Positions 45,093-55,012 of a DNA stretch of 64,000 nucleotides are shown here, piece by piece. The notes beneath the pieces are model-generated. The model saw only the letters and a list, made by a program, of their open reading frames with translations, had not been told where the DNA came from and ran no database searches. A program made the translations under genes and the position numbers. Position 1 is the first letter of the stretch. Every line of letters begins with the position of its first letter. The DNA lies in NCBI GenBank assembly GCA_964607515.1, contig CAZSKU010000008.1, positions 149 to 64,148 on the forward strand. Direction: 5' to 3'. Source of the DNA: an uncultured bacterium (GTDB lineage Bacteria; Fermentibacterota; Fermentibacteria; Fermentibacterales; JCC-6).

Positions 45093-46966
45093 CGGGACCC
45101 CTCCTTCCCGGCCCCCGGAACCAGGGCGTCCGACGGGCAGGTCTGAATGCACGATCCGTCGCCGATGCAGAGGTCATCGTTCACGGTAACCCTTCCATCC
45201 CCGGGCTCCCGCCGGAAAGAAGGGCAGCCGAACCGTTCGATGCACTCCCGGGCCAGGGTGCACCGGCCGGAATCAACACTGACGTGCCTGGGCTTGAATC
45301 CAGGCTTCCTCCTCTGCTCCCTGGCGAACTTCAGCATGCAGGGGTGCCTTGCGATCACCACACTGAGCCCGGGGCTGTCCAGGGCCTTCTCCACCGCAGC
45401 CGTCAGGGCTTTCTGGTTGTAGGTGTCCACCTCGGCGATGTCCGTAACCCCTATTCCCTCCAGAACCTTCCTCACCGGGATGCCCGGAGCCGGGCCGTCG
45501 AAGTTCCTTCCGGTTCCCGGGTGTTCCTGATGGCCGGTCATGGCGGTGGTGCCGTTCTCCATCACGATGAGGGTCAGTCTGTGGCGGTTGAAGACCGCGT
45601 TGATGATTCCCGGAATCCCCGCGTGGAAGAAGGTCGAGTCCCCCAGGAACGCCGCCACCCGGCGTTCCGGTTTGCTCAGGGACAGCCCCTGCCCTATCCC
45701 CGTGGAGGCTCCCATGGACATCAGGAGCCTGCCTATCCGATGGGGAGGAAGGTAGCCCAGGGTGTGGCATCCTATGTCCGCCACGGTGATGTCGCTCTCC
45801 CGAAGGGCCTTGGATATGGCATGGAAGGCGCTCCTGTGACCGCAGCCGGGACAGAGCTGGGGGGTTCTCGGAGGAACCGGCGGGGCGCCCGCCGGCGACG
45901 CCGGAGCGGGAACCATGCCGGGCCAGACCCTGTGCAGGATCTCACCGACCCTTCCCGGGGTGTACTCACCGATCCAGTCCTCCGGCGACCCCTTCCCCAG
46001 CACAACGGTGTCCAGCCCAGCCTCGAAGGCCGCCGCTTTGAGCGCCTGTTCCAGGAAGTCGTCCAGTTCCTCCAGCACCAGCACCTCCCGGTGGGCTCTC
46101 ATGAACCTTACCGCCGGGTCCCTGTCCAGGGGGAACACCATCCCAAGTTTGAGGATGTCCGGCTTGTCCTCAGCTTCGGAGACCGCGTCCATCAACGACA
46201 GGAATGGCAGACCCGCGGTAATCACCCCCCGAAGTCCGTTCCCGTGGTCCACCAGCCGGTGTAGGGAACCGAAGTCCACGGCGCCCAGCCGATCCAGAGC
46301 TCTCCTCTTCATCCTTGCCACCATGGGGCCGATGGGAATGTGGCTGCCCCCTTCCCCCCGGAACCCGGGCGTGGGTTCCTCCCGGACACCTACCCGGCCG
46401 GGGAAAGAGACCATTTCCTTGGCGTGGCACACATGGGTGGTGAGTCTGAGCATGACAGCCATTCCAAGGTTCCGGGCGGTTTCCACCGCCTTCAGGAAAT
46501 ACCCGTGCACCTCCGACGGTGAGGCGGGTTCCAGAACCGGGGTGTAGCTCATTCTGGCCAGGTGCCTGTTGTCCTGCTCGTTCTGGGAGGAGTGGGCCCC
46601 CGGATCGTCCCCCACCACAACCACCATCCCCCCCGGTATGTCCATGTGGTTCAGCTGGACGAAGGTATCCGAAGCCACGTTCAGCCCGACGCTCTTGAAG
46701 AACGACACCGCGGTGCTGCCGTTCACCGCGGCGCCGTATGCCACCTCCACCGCAACCTTCTCGTTCACGCAGAACTCGAAGTGGAACGGTCTCGACTCCA
46801 GAGGGATCGAACCGATGGCTTCGGCGATCTCGGGGGTCGGGGAACCCGGATAAGACGTCACCACCCGAACCCCCGCCTCCACCATGGCCCTTGCCAGGGC
46901 GGTGTTGCCCATCACAAGCTCCCGGAAGGGTTCGGTTTCCAGGAGCATCCGTCCCATGTTCTTCAT
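45089..46966 (-). CDS. iorA: indolepyruvate:ferredoxin oxidoreductase subunit alpha
   Basis: TPP-binding domains, C-terminal 2x[4Fe-4S]; GGGAGAAAGG RBS. Confidence 0.8.
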   Translation of the reverse strand: MKNMGRMLLETEPFRELVMGNTALARAMVEAGVRVVTSYPGSPTPEIAEAIGSIPLESRPFHFEFCVNEKVAVEVAYGAAVNGSTAVSFFKSVGLNVASDTFVQLNHMDIPGGMVVVVGDDPGAHSSQNEQDNRHLARMSYTPVLEPASPSEVHGYFLKAVETARNLGMAVMLRLTTHVCHAKEMVSFPGRVGVREEPTPGFRGEGGSHIPIGPMVARMKRRALDRLGAVDFGSLHRLVDHGNGLRGVITAGLPFLSLMDAVSEAEDKPDILKLGMVFPLDRDPAVRFMRAHREVLVLEELDDFLEQALKAAAFEAGLDTVVLGKGSPEDWIGEYTPGRVGEILHRVWPGMVPAPASPAGAPPVPPRTPQLCPGCGHRSAFHAISKALRESDITVADIGCHTLGYLPPHRIGRLLMSMGASTGIGQGLSLSKPERRVAAFLGDSTFFHAGIPGIINAVFNRHRLTLIVMENGTTAMTGHQEHPGTGRNFDGPAPGIPVRKVLEGIGVTDIAEVDTYNQKALTAAVEKALDSPGLSVVIARHPCMLKFAREQRRKPGFKPRHVSVDSGRCTLARECIERFGCPSFRREPGDGRVTVNDDLCIGDGSCIQTCPSDALVPGAGKEGSR

Positions 46967-47110
46967 AGATCCGCCTTTCTCCCGTGTTCAGCATGGATAA
47001 AGATGCACCGGGAAGGCCACCCTGAAAAGCGCGGGCAGAATTGGCGTTCCAGCCCCGGTTCGGCTATCTTCCCTTCTTCAGAAACGCACCTTTTCAGGAG
47101 TGTACCCTTC

Positions 47111-48337
47111 ATGGATTTCAGCGACGCGAGATTCGTTTTCGAGTTCGCCCTCATAGTGCTGGCGGCCAAGGCGGCGGGGCGTCTGAGCCAAAAGGTCCTC
47201 AGACAACCCGCTGTGATCGGTGAACTCCTGGTGGGGGTGGTCATGGGGCCCTACGCCCTGGGAAGGTTTTCCCTTCTGTCCATGGGTCCGGCGTTCCCCA
47301 CCGGAGCCGACGGACTCTTTCACGAAGGGCTTCTGAGGGGCATCACCATCGCCGGAATCGTCACCATGCTGTTCACCGCAGGGCTCGAGACCGACCTGAG
47401 GAGCTTTCTGAGATTCGCCCCCAAGGGCATGATGGTGGGGCTCGGGGGGGCTGTGCTGGGATTCGCGGGCGGCGCCGGGGCAGTCCTGGCGGCCGGGGGG
47501 GGGACCGGTTTTGCCGATCCCAGAGTCCTGGCCTTCGGGGCCGTTTCGGCAGCCACGTCCATCTCTCTGGCGGCCCGGGTCCTGTACGACATGAAGAAAC
47601 TCAACAGCCCCGAGGGCACCGTTACCCTGTCGGCGGCGGTGATCGACGACGTGATAGGCCTGGTGGTGCTGGCGGTGGTCATGGGAGTCGCCAGGAACGT
47701 TGTGAGCCTTCAGAGCGTCGCCCTGATCGTGCTCAAAGGTTTCGGCTTCTTCGCCGGGCTCCTGGCGGCGGGGCTTCTGATACAGAAGCAGATTCTCTGG
47801 CTGGTTTCGAAGATCGGGGACGAGTCAGCCCAGGCCGCCTTCGCCCTGGCCATCGGCCTGCTGGCGGCCGGGCTGGCGGAGTACTTCGGCCTTGCCATGG
47901 TCATCGGAGCCTACGTGATGGGGCTGGCCCTCTCCGGAACCAGGGCCGCCAGAAGGATCTCCGAGAAGCTCTCCACGGTGAAGGAGCTTCTTGTCCCGGT
48001 GTTCTTCTGCGTTACCGGGATGATGGTGGACATCCGGGAACTGGGTTCGGTGGTTGTTTTCAGCCTTGTTCTCACGGGGATGTGCGTGGCGGGAAAATTC
48101 CTGGGGTGCTTCATCCCGTCGGCGGCCTCCGGGCTCTCCCTGAGGCAGTCCACAGCGGTTGGAATAGGCATGCTTCCCAGGCTGGAGGTGGGTCTGGTGG
48201 CCGCCAGCGTGTCTCTGCTGAACGGGCTCATCACCCCCGGGGACATGGCCGCGGCGATGGTGATGATCGTGATCACCGCGGTGGTCACGCCGCCTCTGCT
48301 CACATGGGTGGCCGGGGGCGGCCGTATCAACCGTTGA
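47111..48337 (+). CDS. CPA2-family cation:proton antiporter (KefB/NapA-like)
   Basis: 12-13 TM; start MDFSDARFVFEF; ORF-track upstream 183 aa rejected. Confidence 0.75.
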   Translation: MDFSDARFVFEFALIVLAAKAAGRLSQKVLRQPAVIGELLVGVVMGPYALGRFSLLSMGPAFPTGADGLFHEGLLRGITIAGIVTMLFTAGLETDLRSFLRFAPKGMMVGLGGAVLGFAGGAGAVLAAGGGTGFADPRVLAFGAVSAATSISLAARVLYDMKKLNSPEGTVTLSAAVIDDVIGLVVLAVVMGVARNVVSLQSVALIVLKGFGFFAGLLAAGLLIQKQILWLVSKIGDESAQAAFALAIGLLAAGLAEYFGLAMVIGAYVMGLALSGTRAARRISEKLSTVKELLVPVFFCVTGMMVDIRELGSVVVFSLVLTGMCVAGKFLGCFIPSAASGLSLRQSTAVGIGMLPRLEVGLVAASVSLLNGLITPGDMAAAMVMIVITAVVTPPLLTWVAGGGRINR

Positions 48338-49826
48338 AAAGGTTGTCCGAACCGAAACAGGCGTCGGTGGTCAGGTTCACTCCCAGCTTTCTGAGCCCGG
48401 CCTCATCCCCCGGAGCCGGAATGTGGGTGATGTGGGCCTCGGCGCCCCGAAGCCCGGGAAGGTATCCCAGGGCCTCCAGGGTGGCGGGGCTGTGAGTGGC
48501 GCTGATTCCCAGGGCGATCAGCACTTCGTCCAGGGTCAGACAACCCGCCTCCCCGCCGAGGGTTTCCTTCAGACGTCTGATGGAGTCAATGGTTTCCGGT
48601 GTCAGCAGGTGTATCCTGTCGGGAATCCCGGCCAGCCTCTTGATGGCATTGATTACGAGAGCGCTGGAGGCGGTCATCAGCCGGGAGTTCCTGCCGGTGA
48701 TCATCTCGCCCCGGGGCAGCTCCAGCGCGGCCCCGATCCTGGCAAACTCCTCCTGATCGGCGCCGGCGGCTGCCCTGGCCGGGGGCACCACCGACCGATG
48801 CTCCGGGGTGATGCCGTGGTCGTTCAGCAGCAGCTCCACCTTCTGAAGGGTCTTCTCCTCCACCAGACCCATGACGTACTCGCATCGGTACCTGAAGTAC
48901 CTTCGGATCATCTCCTGCACCGAGGCTTCCCGGACCACGCTGTCCGAAACTATGCCGAACCCCACCCGGTTGACCCCCATGTCGGTGGGAGAGGCGTAGG
49001 GCGACAGAGCGCCGGTGATCCTCTCGAGTATCCTCTTCAGAAGAGGAAAGGCCTCCACGTCCCGGTTGTAGTTGACCACGGGGACTCCGTAGGCCTCCAG
49101 GTGATATGGATCTATGAGGTTGATGTCTCCCAGCTCCGCCGTGGCTGCCTCGTAGGCGGCGTTCAACGGGTGCTTCAGGGGCAGGTTGAAAACCGGGAAG
49201 GTCTCGAACTTGGCGTAGCCCGAGTCCAGCCCCAGGCGGTGGTCGTGGTACATCTGGGACAGGCAGGTGGCCAGCTTCCCGCTGCCGGGACCCGGGCCGG
49301 TGACCACCACCAGGGGTTTTGACACCCGGATGTGGTCGTTCCTTCCGTATCCCTCGGGGCTGACCACCAGGTCTATGTCCGTAGGGTACCCCCTGGTGTG
49401 GGGGTGAAGGTAGACCGGAACCCCGCTTCTCTCCAGCCGGTTTCTGAACACGTCCGCCGCGGACTGGCCGGAGTACCGGGTGACCACCACACCACACACC
49501 GACAGCCCCCGGTGGCGGAGTCCGTCGATGAGCCTCATGGCGTCGGCGTCGTAGCTGATGCCGAAATCGCCCCGGATCTTCCTTTTCTCGATGTCCCCGG
49601 CGTAGATGCAGAGGATGATCTCCACCTGCTCCCCGAGTTCCTGCAGCAGCCTGATCTTGACGTTGGGATCGTAACCGGGAAGCACTCTCGCGGCGTGAAG
49701 ATCGTACATGAGCTTTCCGCCGAATTCAAGGTAGAGCCTGCCGGAAAACCGTCTCAGCCTGGAGGATATCTCCCGGGTCTGTTCGGACAGGTACTTCTCG
49801 TTGTCGAAACCGATGGCGGAGTTCAT
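48327..49826 (-). CDS. DUF1846 / UPF0371 family protein
   Basis: ~499 aa with family-typical N-terminus MNSAIGFDNEKYLSEQT; function unknown. Confidence 0.6.
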   Translation of the reverse strand: MNSAIGFDNEKYLSEQTREISSRLRRFSGRLYLEFGGKLMYDLHAARVLPGYDPNVKIRLLQELGEQVEIILCIYAGDIEKRKIRGDFGISYDADAMRLIDGLRHRGLSVCGVVVTRYSGQSAADVFRNRLERSGVPVYLHPHTRGYPTDIDLVVSPEGYGRNDHIRVSKPLVVVTGPGPGSGKLATCLSQMYHDHRLGLDSGYAKFETFPVFNLPLKHPLNAAYEAATAELGDINLIDPYHLEAYGVPVVNYNRDVEAFPLLKRILERITGALSPYASPTDMGVNRVGFGIVSDSVVREASVQEMIRRYFRYRCEYVMGLVEEKTLQKVELLLNDHGITPEHRSVVPPARAAAGADQEEFARIGAALELPRGEMITGRNSRLMTASSALVINAIKRLAGIPDRIHLLTPETIDSIRRLKETLGGEAGCLTLDEVLIALGISATHSPATLEALGYLPGLRGAEAHITHIPAPGDEAGLRKLGVNLTTDACFGSDNLFNG

Positions 49827-49846
49827 ACCCTTGCCTCTCGGGCCGG

Positions 49847-50443
49847 TTACATCGTCCTGGAGCCTCCGTAGAGGTTGGTGATGAGCCGCTGTGCAAGGGC
49901 GGTGCCGGTCTCCACCGGGTCGAGTTCCGGATATGACGCCTTCTCCCACTTGATCCTTATGCACACGTCGCCCCTGAGGACGAGAAAGCCCACGCTCAGC
50001 TCTTCCATGGTTCCGCCCATGGTTCCCACGATTGCTCTTTCCCAGAGTTCGCCGGGCACTTCCACCGGATCGGCTATGAAACCGCTGACCCTTTCAAAAT
50101 TCGCCGGGCCGTCTGCGGTGTACACCAGGAAGTTGACTTTCGAGGCCGCCATGCTTCCATCGTAATAGCTCCCCTGGGGCTTTCCCGCGGCGGGGTCGCT
50201 GAGGGACTCGTGCCAGTAGCTGTAACCGGTTCTTCCGATCAGTTCCTCAACCTCCGCGGCGCTTATGGCGTCGGATATCTCCCATCCGTCCGGCAACACG
50301 ATTTCGGCGCTCAACACCGCTGTCTCAGGGGCTGCCGCAGTTTCCGGGTTTTCGGCCGGGGCTTCGGCGGTCTCGCCGGATTCCGCACCGCAGCCGGCCA
50401 TGAGCAGGGCGATGAGCGTTGCAGCAAGCCGGTATTTCCTCAT
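49847..50443 (-). CDS. lipoprotein of unknown function
   Basis: MRKYRLAATLIALLMAGC signal peptide plus lipobox. Confidence 0.5.
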   Translation of the reverse strand: MRKYRLAATLIALLMAGCGAESGETAEAPAENPETAAAPETAVLSAEIVLPDGWEISDAISAAEVEELIGRTGYSYWHESLSDPAAGKPQGSYYDGSMAASKVNFLVYTADGPANFERVSGFIADPVEVPGELWERAIVGTMGGTMEELSVGFLVLRGDVCIRIKWEKASYPELDPVETGTALAQRLITNLYGGSRTM

Positions 50444-50529
50444 GATCTTTCTCCTCCGTTGGTTTTCGACCGTTCCGGGAACGGTCCGTAAGGGAAAAGC
50501 GAATATAGGCCCGGGGCCCGGTCCGAGCA

Positions 50530-52176
50530 TCAGTCTTCCAGAAAGACCCTCTGCTCCCCTGGAACCACGGTTCCCAGCAGCCGTACATAGTCGGCGAAGA
50601 CTTCCGCATCAACGAAGCCGGTGTCGGTGAAGGGCCTCCCCCGGAGCATGCCGAAACCGTCGCCGCCCCCCGCTACAAAGGTGTTGGTAACCACCCGGTA
50701 GACCCGGGACGAGTCCATGGGCACGTATCCTCCCTTGCCGTCCGAAGCTTCCAGGGATGTCACCCTCGCCCCTGCGGGAGCGTTCCGAAGGGCCCTGTAC
50801 CTCATTCCCGCCACGTATGGAAAGGTGCCGTCGGACAAGCCTCCATCGAAGATCGCTTCCAAAGCTCCTTCCAGTAGGGCCCGGATCTCGCCGCCCTCGA
50901 GGTCAAGCACCGCCAGGGTGTTCCCGAAGGGCAGAAGGGTGTAGACGGTCCCGACCGTCACCTCCCCGGCGGGTATGTCTATCCTCACACCGCCGGCGTT
51001 CTGCAGGGCGATGTCGGCTCCGAGGCCCAGACTGTTCGCCTTCCAGAGCATCGCGTCGCAGACCACCGGGGCTGTTTCACTGCCCCCGGGCAACCCTCCC
51101 CCGGGAACCCTGACGTGGAGGAGGTCGCTCTCCGCCACGGCCACGTACTCACCCTGGAAGTCCTCCAGCGCGGACGTGTACCGGTCGACCATTTCCGCCA
51201 CCACGGGCTCCGGTTCGGTCACCGCCAGGCCCGGTTCATCGGGAAAAGGCGCGGAAGTGGGAATGACTGGATTCCCGCTGTATCCAGTGATCGCCCCCGC
51301 GGAGTCGAACTCCACAGTCAAAGAGCCCAACACCGCTCCGTACCTCCAGGCTGTCACCACCAGCACCGTGCCGCCGTCGGGACCCTGCACCGCCGTGGGG
51401 TACTCCCCTTCCGGCTGCAGCCCGAGGGGCGCAAAGTCCCCCAGAAGGGTGTGGGAATGGCCTCCCACTATAACGTCCACCCCGGGTATCCGGGCCGCCA
51501 GCTCCAGGTCTTTCGCGTACCCCACGTGGGTCAGAAGGATCACCTTGTTCACCCCCAGGGCCGTCATCTCCTCCACCGCCGCCCGGGCGGCGTCCTCCAG
51601 GGGCAGAACCCTGGTGTCGCCGGACGGGCTGGAAACCTCCGGAAGCTCTTCGGTGATGAGCCCGGCCACGCCCACCAGCTCCCCTCCCACCTCCAGCACC
51701 GTGAAGGGAGGTATCCTTCCCGCCAGAAGGCTGTCCTCACGGACGTCCAGGTTGGCGCATACCACCGGAAAAACCACCTCGTCCAGAAGCAGCGCCAGAC
51801 CGGGGCTGCCCCGGTCGAACTCGTGGTTGCCCAGGGTAATCACGTCCGGAGAGAGCACGTTGTAGACCCCCGCATCGGCCCTGCCCCGATAGACCGTGTA
51901 GAAGAGGGTTCCCTGGACCAGATCGCCTGCGTGGAGGAATACCACGTTTTCCGAGGTCCCCCTGGCGCGGCTGATCAGGCTGGCGGCCAGGGCGGCTCCG
52001 CCGGCCGGGATCCGCACGGTGGTGTCGGGGTCGGACAGGCTCAGGGCCAGCGACACGGGAGCCAGATTCGAGTGGGTGTCGTTCTGATGGAGTATCTCCA
52101 GGATGTAGGAGGCTCCCGCCCCCGGGGCCATGACAAACAGCGACATCAGGGCAGCAACGGCTCCCGCAGCCCTCAT
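50530..52176 (-). CDS. bifunctional metallophosphatase / 5'-nucleotidase (UshA-like), secreted
   Basis: Signal peptide, GNHEFD metallophosphoesterase motifs, C-terminal 5'-nucleotidase domain. Confidence 0.8.
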   Translation of the reverse strand: MRAAGAVAALMSLFVMAPGAGASYILEILHQNDTHSNLAPVSLALSLSDPDTTVRIPAGGAALAASLISRARGTSENVVFLHAGDLVQGTLFYTVYRGRADAGVYNVLSPDVITLGNHEFDRGSPGLALLLDEVVFPVVCANLDVREDSLLAGRIPPFTVLEVGGELVGVAGLITEELPEVSSPSGDTRVLPLEDAARAAVEEMTALGVNKVILLTHVGYAKDLELAARIPGVDVIVGGHSHTLLGDFAPLGLQPEGEYPTAVQGPDGGTVLVVTAWRYGAVLGSLTVEFDSAGAITGYSGNPVIPTSAPFPDEPGLAVTEPEPVVAEMVDRYTSALEDFQGEYVAVAESDLLHVRVPGGGLPGGSETAPVVCDAMLWKANSLGLGADIALQNAGGVRIDIPAGEVTVGTVYTLLPFGNTLAVLDLEGGEIRALLEGALEAIFDGGLSDGTFPYVAGMRYRALRNAPAGARVTSLEASDGKGGYVPMDSSRVYRVVTNTFVAGGGDGFGMLRGRPFTDTGFVDAEVFADYVRLLGTVVPGEQRVFLED

Positions 52177-52204
52177 CGGATACCCCCTTTTCCCTGGGCC
52201 CTGA

Positions 52205-52705
52205 TCAGATCTCGGGCCAGAAACCGTTATCGAACCAGATGCTCTCCATGAGGTCCCTGTCCATCCCCGCAAGCATCTCCAGGTGGCCGTGCTCCCAGTC
52301 CGCAAGCCATTCGAAGAGGCCCCTCTCCGGATCTGTTTCCGCCGCCGAGGCGCAGTCGCGGTAGTACTTCTCAGCGGTGGTCTCCAAGGCCATGGCCGCG
52401 GAAATGGCCGCCGCTTCGTACCCCGCGGCGTCGATGCCGCCGGCCACCTTCCGGGTCAGCACCCGCCCGGCGGTATCCGGAGCGCCGCCCATGGAGGTGA
52501 CCGCCGCCAGAACACCGTCCCTGACAAGCGAGGAGTAGTGCATCGCCAGGGCTTCCTCGTGGCTCTTCTCCTCCTCAGCCATGGTCCTGAAAACCTCCCT
52601 GACCCCCGGATCGGCTGTGCTCCCGGCAACCTTCTCGTAGAAGGTCCTGCCCCTCCGTTCCAGCAGAATGGCACTTTTCAGCGCGTCAATCGCCCTGGCG
52701 CTCAT
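52205..52705 (-). CDS. rubrerythrin-like ferritin-family diiron protein (no rubredoxin domain)
   Basis: ExxH diiron helices; overlaps hydE stop by ~20 nt. Confidence 0.5.
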   Translation of the reverse strand: MSARAIDALKSAILLERRGRTFYEKVAGSTADPGVREVFRTMAEEEKSHEEALAMHYSSLVRDGVLAAVTSMGGAPDTAGRVLTRKVAGGIDAAGYEAAAISAAMALETTAEKYYRDCASAAETDPERGLFEWLADWEHGHLEMLAGMDRDLMESIWFDNGFWPEI

Positions 52706-53747
52706 CGGTGTGTTCCTCCTTGTCCAATCTTCGGGTGTAATGGACGGGATCGCCCCAGTCGTCCCCGGCCACCACCCTTCCCGTGCTCTCCACCCTGGCC
52801 CTGAGGCAGCCCATGCAGTCCTCCCGGCGCTCCTCGATGCAGGGTTTCCCCTCGTACAGAAGATAGTCCCTCCGGTACTCGCCCGGGGTCAGGGAAGGCA
52901 TGACCACGTTGGCCCCCCAGGTCAGCCCCGCTTCCCTGCCCATGGGGTCCAGGGCCTGCAGAGCGGTGGTGGCGGCTATGTTGGTGTCCACCGTCAGAAG
53001 TCTTGTCAGACCGATCATCAGCAGCGAGAGCCGGATCCTCTCGCCGGAAGGAGAGATCGGCAGGCTCCCCATCGGCGTGTCCGGGTGGGGAATGAAGGGA
53101 CCCATGCCGAACATGTCGAAATCGTGCTCCCGGTAGAACAGCAGGTCGTCCGCCAGCATCTCCGGGGTCTGGCCAGGCAACCCGATCATGACCCCGGTGC
53201 CCACCGCGTACCCCTCTTCCCTCAGGGTTTCGAGGCACCTCAGACGACTCTCCAGGGACTGGCCGCCCGGGTGGATGCTCCGGAAAAGCTGCGGGTTGGT
53301 GGTTTCAATGCGAAGCAGGTACCGGTGGGCGCCCGCCGACCGGAACCGCCGGAGGGTCTGCCGGGACTGCTCCCCAACGCAGAGGGTGATGCCAAGTCCC
53401 CGGGGCAGCCGGGGGGAAGCGGTGCGCTCCTTGATGGCGGAGACCGTCTGCTCCACGAAATCCAGAAACTTCGGATCGGTTCTCTCCCCGGACTGCAGGA
53501 CCACGGAACCGTATCCAGCCCGGGCGCAGAATTCCGCCGCGTCCAGGATCTGCTCCAGGGAGGCGGTGTACCTTCGCTGCCTGTCGTTGTCCCTGCGGAT
53601 GCCGCAGTACAGGCAGTTCATGGCACAGACGTTGGAGAACTCGATGAGACCCCGGTAGTAAACCCTGTTGCCCAGGGTTGAGAGGGTCAGGTTCTCGGCG
53701 GCCAGCCGTATCTCCTCCAGAGCCTCCGGATCCCGGGTATTCAGCAT
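52686..53747 (-). CDS. hydE: [FeFe]-hydrogenase H-cluster radical SAM maturase HydE
   Basis: CAMNCLYCGIRR radical SAM motif, 353 aa; the 676-aa ORF-track N-terminus is rejected. Confidence 0.8.
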   Translation of the reverse strand: MLNTRDPEALEEIRLAAENLTLSTLGNRVYYRGLIEFSNVCAMNCLYCGIRRDNDRQRRYTASLEQILDAAEFCARAGYGSVVLQSGERTDPKFLDFVEQTVSAIKERTASPRLPRGLGITLCVGEQSRQTLRRFRSAGAHRYLLRIETTNPQLFRSIHPGGQSLESRLRCLETLREEGYAVGTGVMIGLPGQTPEMLADDLLFYREHDFDMFGMGPFIPHPDTPMGSLPISPSGERIRLSLLMIGLTRLLTVDTNIAATTALQALDPMGREAGLTWGANVVMPSLTPGEYRRDYLLYEGKPCIEERREDCMGCLRARVESTGRVVAGDDWGDPVHYTRRLDKEEHTDERQGD

Positions 53748-53788
53748 GTCCGCCAGCCTTGAGCGGTCGTATCCCGCGGCGTTTCCCT

Positions 53789-55012
53789 TCAAAGGCTCCT
53801 CCTGTACTGGTCGAGGGCATCGGGGAACGGTCCCAGAGCCCTCTCGAATATTCCCAGGGAATAGGCTATCGCCAGCCCGTAGTTGGTGATGGGCACCCCG
53901 GCCCGGAATGCCTTCTGAATGCGGGTCAGCATCGCCCGCCGGTTGAACATGCACGCGCCGCAGTGGATCACCAGTCGGAAGGAGGCCAGATCCTCCGGGA
54001 AATCGGCACCCCTGTGGAATTGGAAGTCCAGCCGCCCCCCCACGAACTGGGTGAGCCATCGCGGAAGTTTCACGGTACCGATGTCCTCTCCGATCGGGTG
54101 GTGGGTGCATGCCTCGGCGATCAGCACCCTGTCCCCCGGACGCAGGGATCCTATGGCCGCGGCGCCCCGGACCATGGAGGGCAGATCGCCCTGGTACCTG
54201 GCGAAAAGAATCGAGAAGGAGGTCATCGGGACGTCTTCGGGGGTGTCGCCGGCCACCTTCAGGAAAGCCTGGCTGTCGGTAATCACCAGGGAGGGCTCTA
54301 CCGACAGATTCCTCAGGGCGGCCCTCAGCTCCCTCTCCTTCACCACCAAAGCCATGGAATCGTTGTCCAGCAGGTCTCGGATGGTCTGGACCTGCGGAAG
54401 GATCAACCTTCCCTTGGGCGCTTCCTTGTCTATGGGAACCACCAGAACCGCCGTCCCGCCGGGTGGAACCAGGTCGGACACGATTCCCGCAGGATTGATG
54501 AAGCCTTCCGGGGCCAGACGGATGAGCTCCTCCCGAAGCCGGTCCACGCCCTCTCCGGTAAGCGCCGATACAGCCACCCAGGCCAGCCCCTGCTGATCCA
54601 TGACCGCTGCGAAACCCTCCCCGGGGGTTGACCGGTCCGTCTTGTTCCGCACCACCACCACCGGAACCCCGGCCTCCCGGAAACCCTTCACCAGTCCCTC
54701 CTCCAGGGGGCCCCACAGGTCTTCTTCAGTGACGATGACCGCAAGGTCGGTCCTCTCCCCCACCTTCCGGGTGCGGGAGACCCTCTGGGTCCCCAGCTCC
54801 CCCGGGTCGTCGAGACCGGCGGTGTCAGTAAAGAGCACGGGCCCCAGGGGAAGGAGTTCCATGGCTTTCTTGACTGGATCGGTGGTGGTTCCCGGGGTAT
54901 CGGAAACAATGGACACCCGGTGTCCGGCCAGGGAATTGATCACGCTGGACTTGCCCGCGTTCATCCTCCCGAAGACGCTGATGTGCAGTCTCAGTGATTC
55001 AGGGGTTTTCAT
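53789..55012 (-). CDS. hydF: [FeFe]-hydrogenase maturation GTPase HydF
   Basis: GRMNAGKSS G1, DTPG, NKTD; C-terminal cluster-binding CxH...HC...C. Confidence 0.8.
   Translation of the reverse strand: MKTPESLRLHISVFGRMNAGKSSVINSLAGHRVSIVSDTPGTTTDPVKKAMELLPLGPVLFTDTAGLDDPGELGTQRVSRTRKVGERTDLAVIVTEEDLWGPLEEGLVKGFREAGVPVVVVRNKTDRSTPGEGFAAVMDQQGLAWVAVSALTGEGVDRLREELIRLAPEGFINPAGIVSDLVPPGGTAVLVVPIDKEAPKGRLILPQVQTIRDLLDNDSMALVVKERELRAALRNLSVEPSLVITDSQAFLKVAGDTPEDVPMTSFSILFARYQGDLPSMVRGAAAIGSLRPGDRVLIAEACTHHPIGEDIGTVKLPRWLTQFVGGRLDFQFHRGADFPEDLASFRLVIHCGACMFNRRAMLTRIQKAFRAGVPITNYGLAIAYSLGIFERALGPFPDALDQYRRSL

Noticed and set aside
52686-54716. 676-aa ORF suggesting a giant HydE
   Set aside because: Only the C-terminal 353 aa (from MLNTRD, 53747) are HydE. 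The N-terminal part overlaps hydF in another frame and is Gly/Arg low-complexity.
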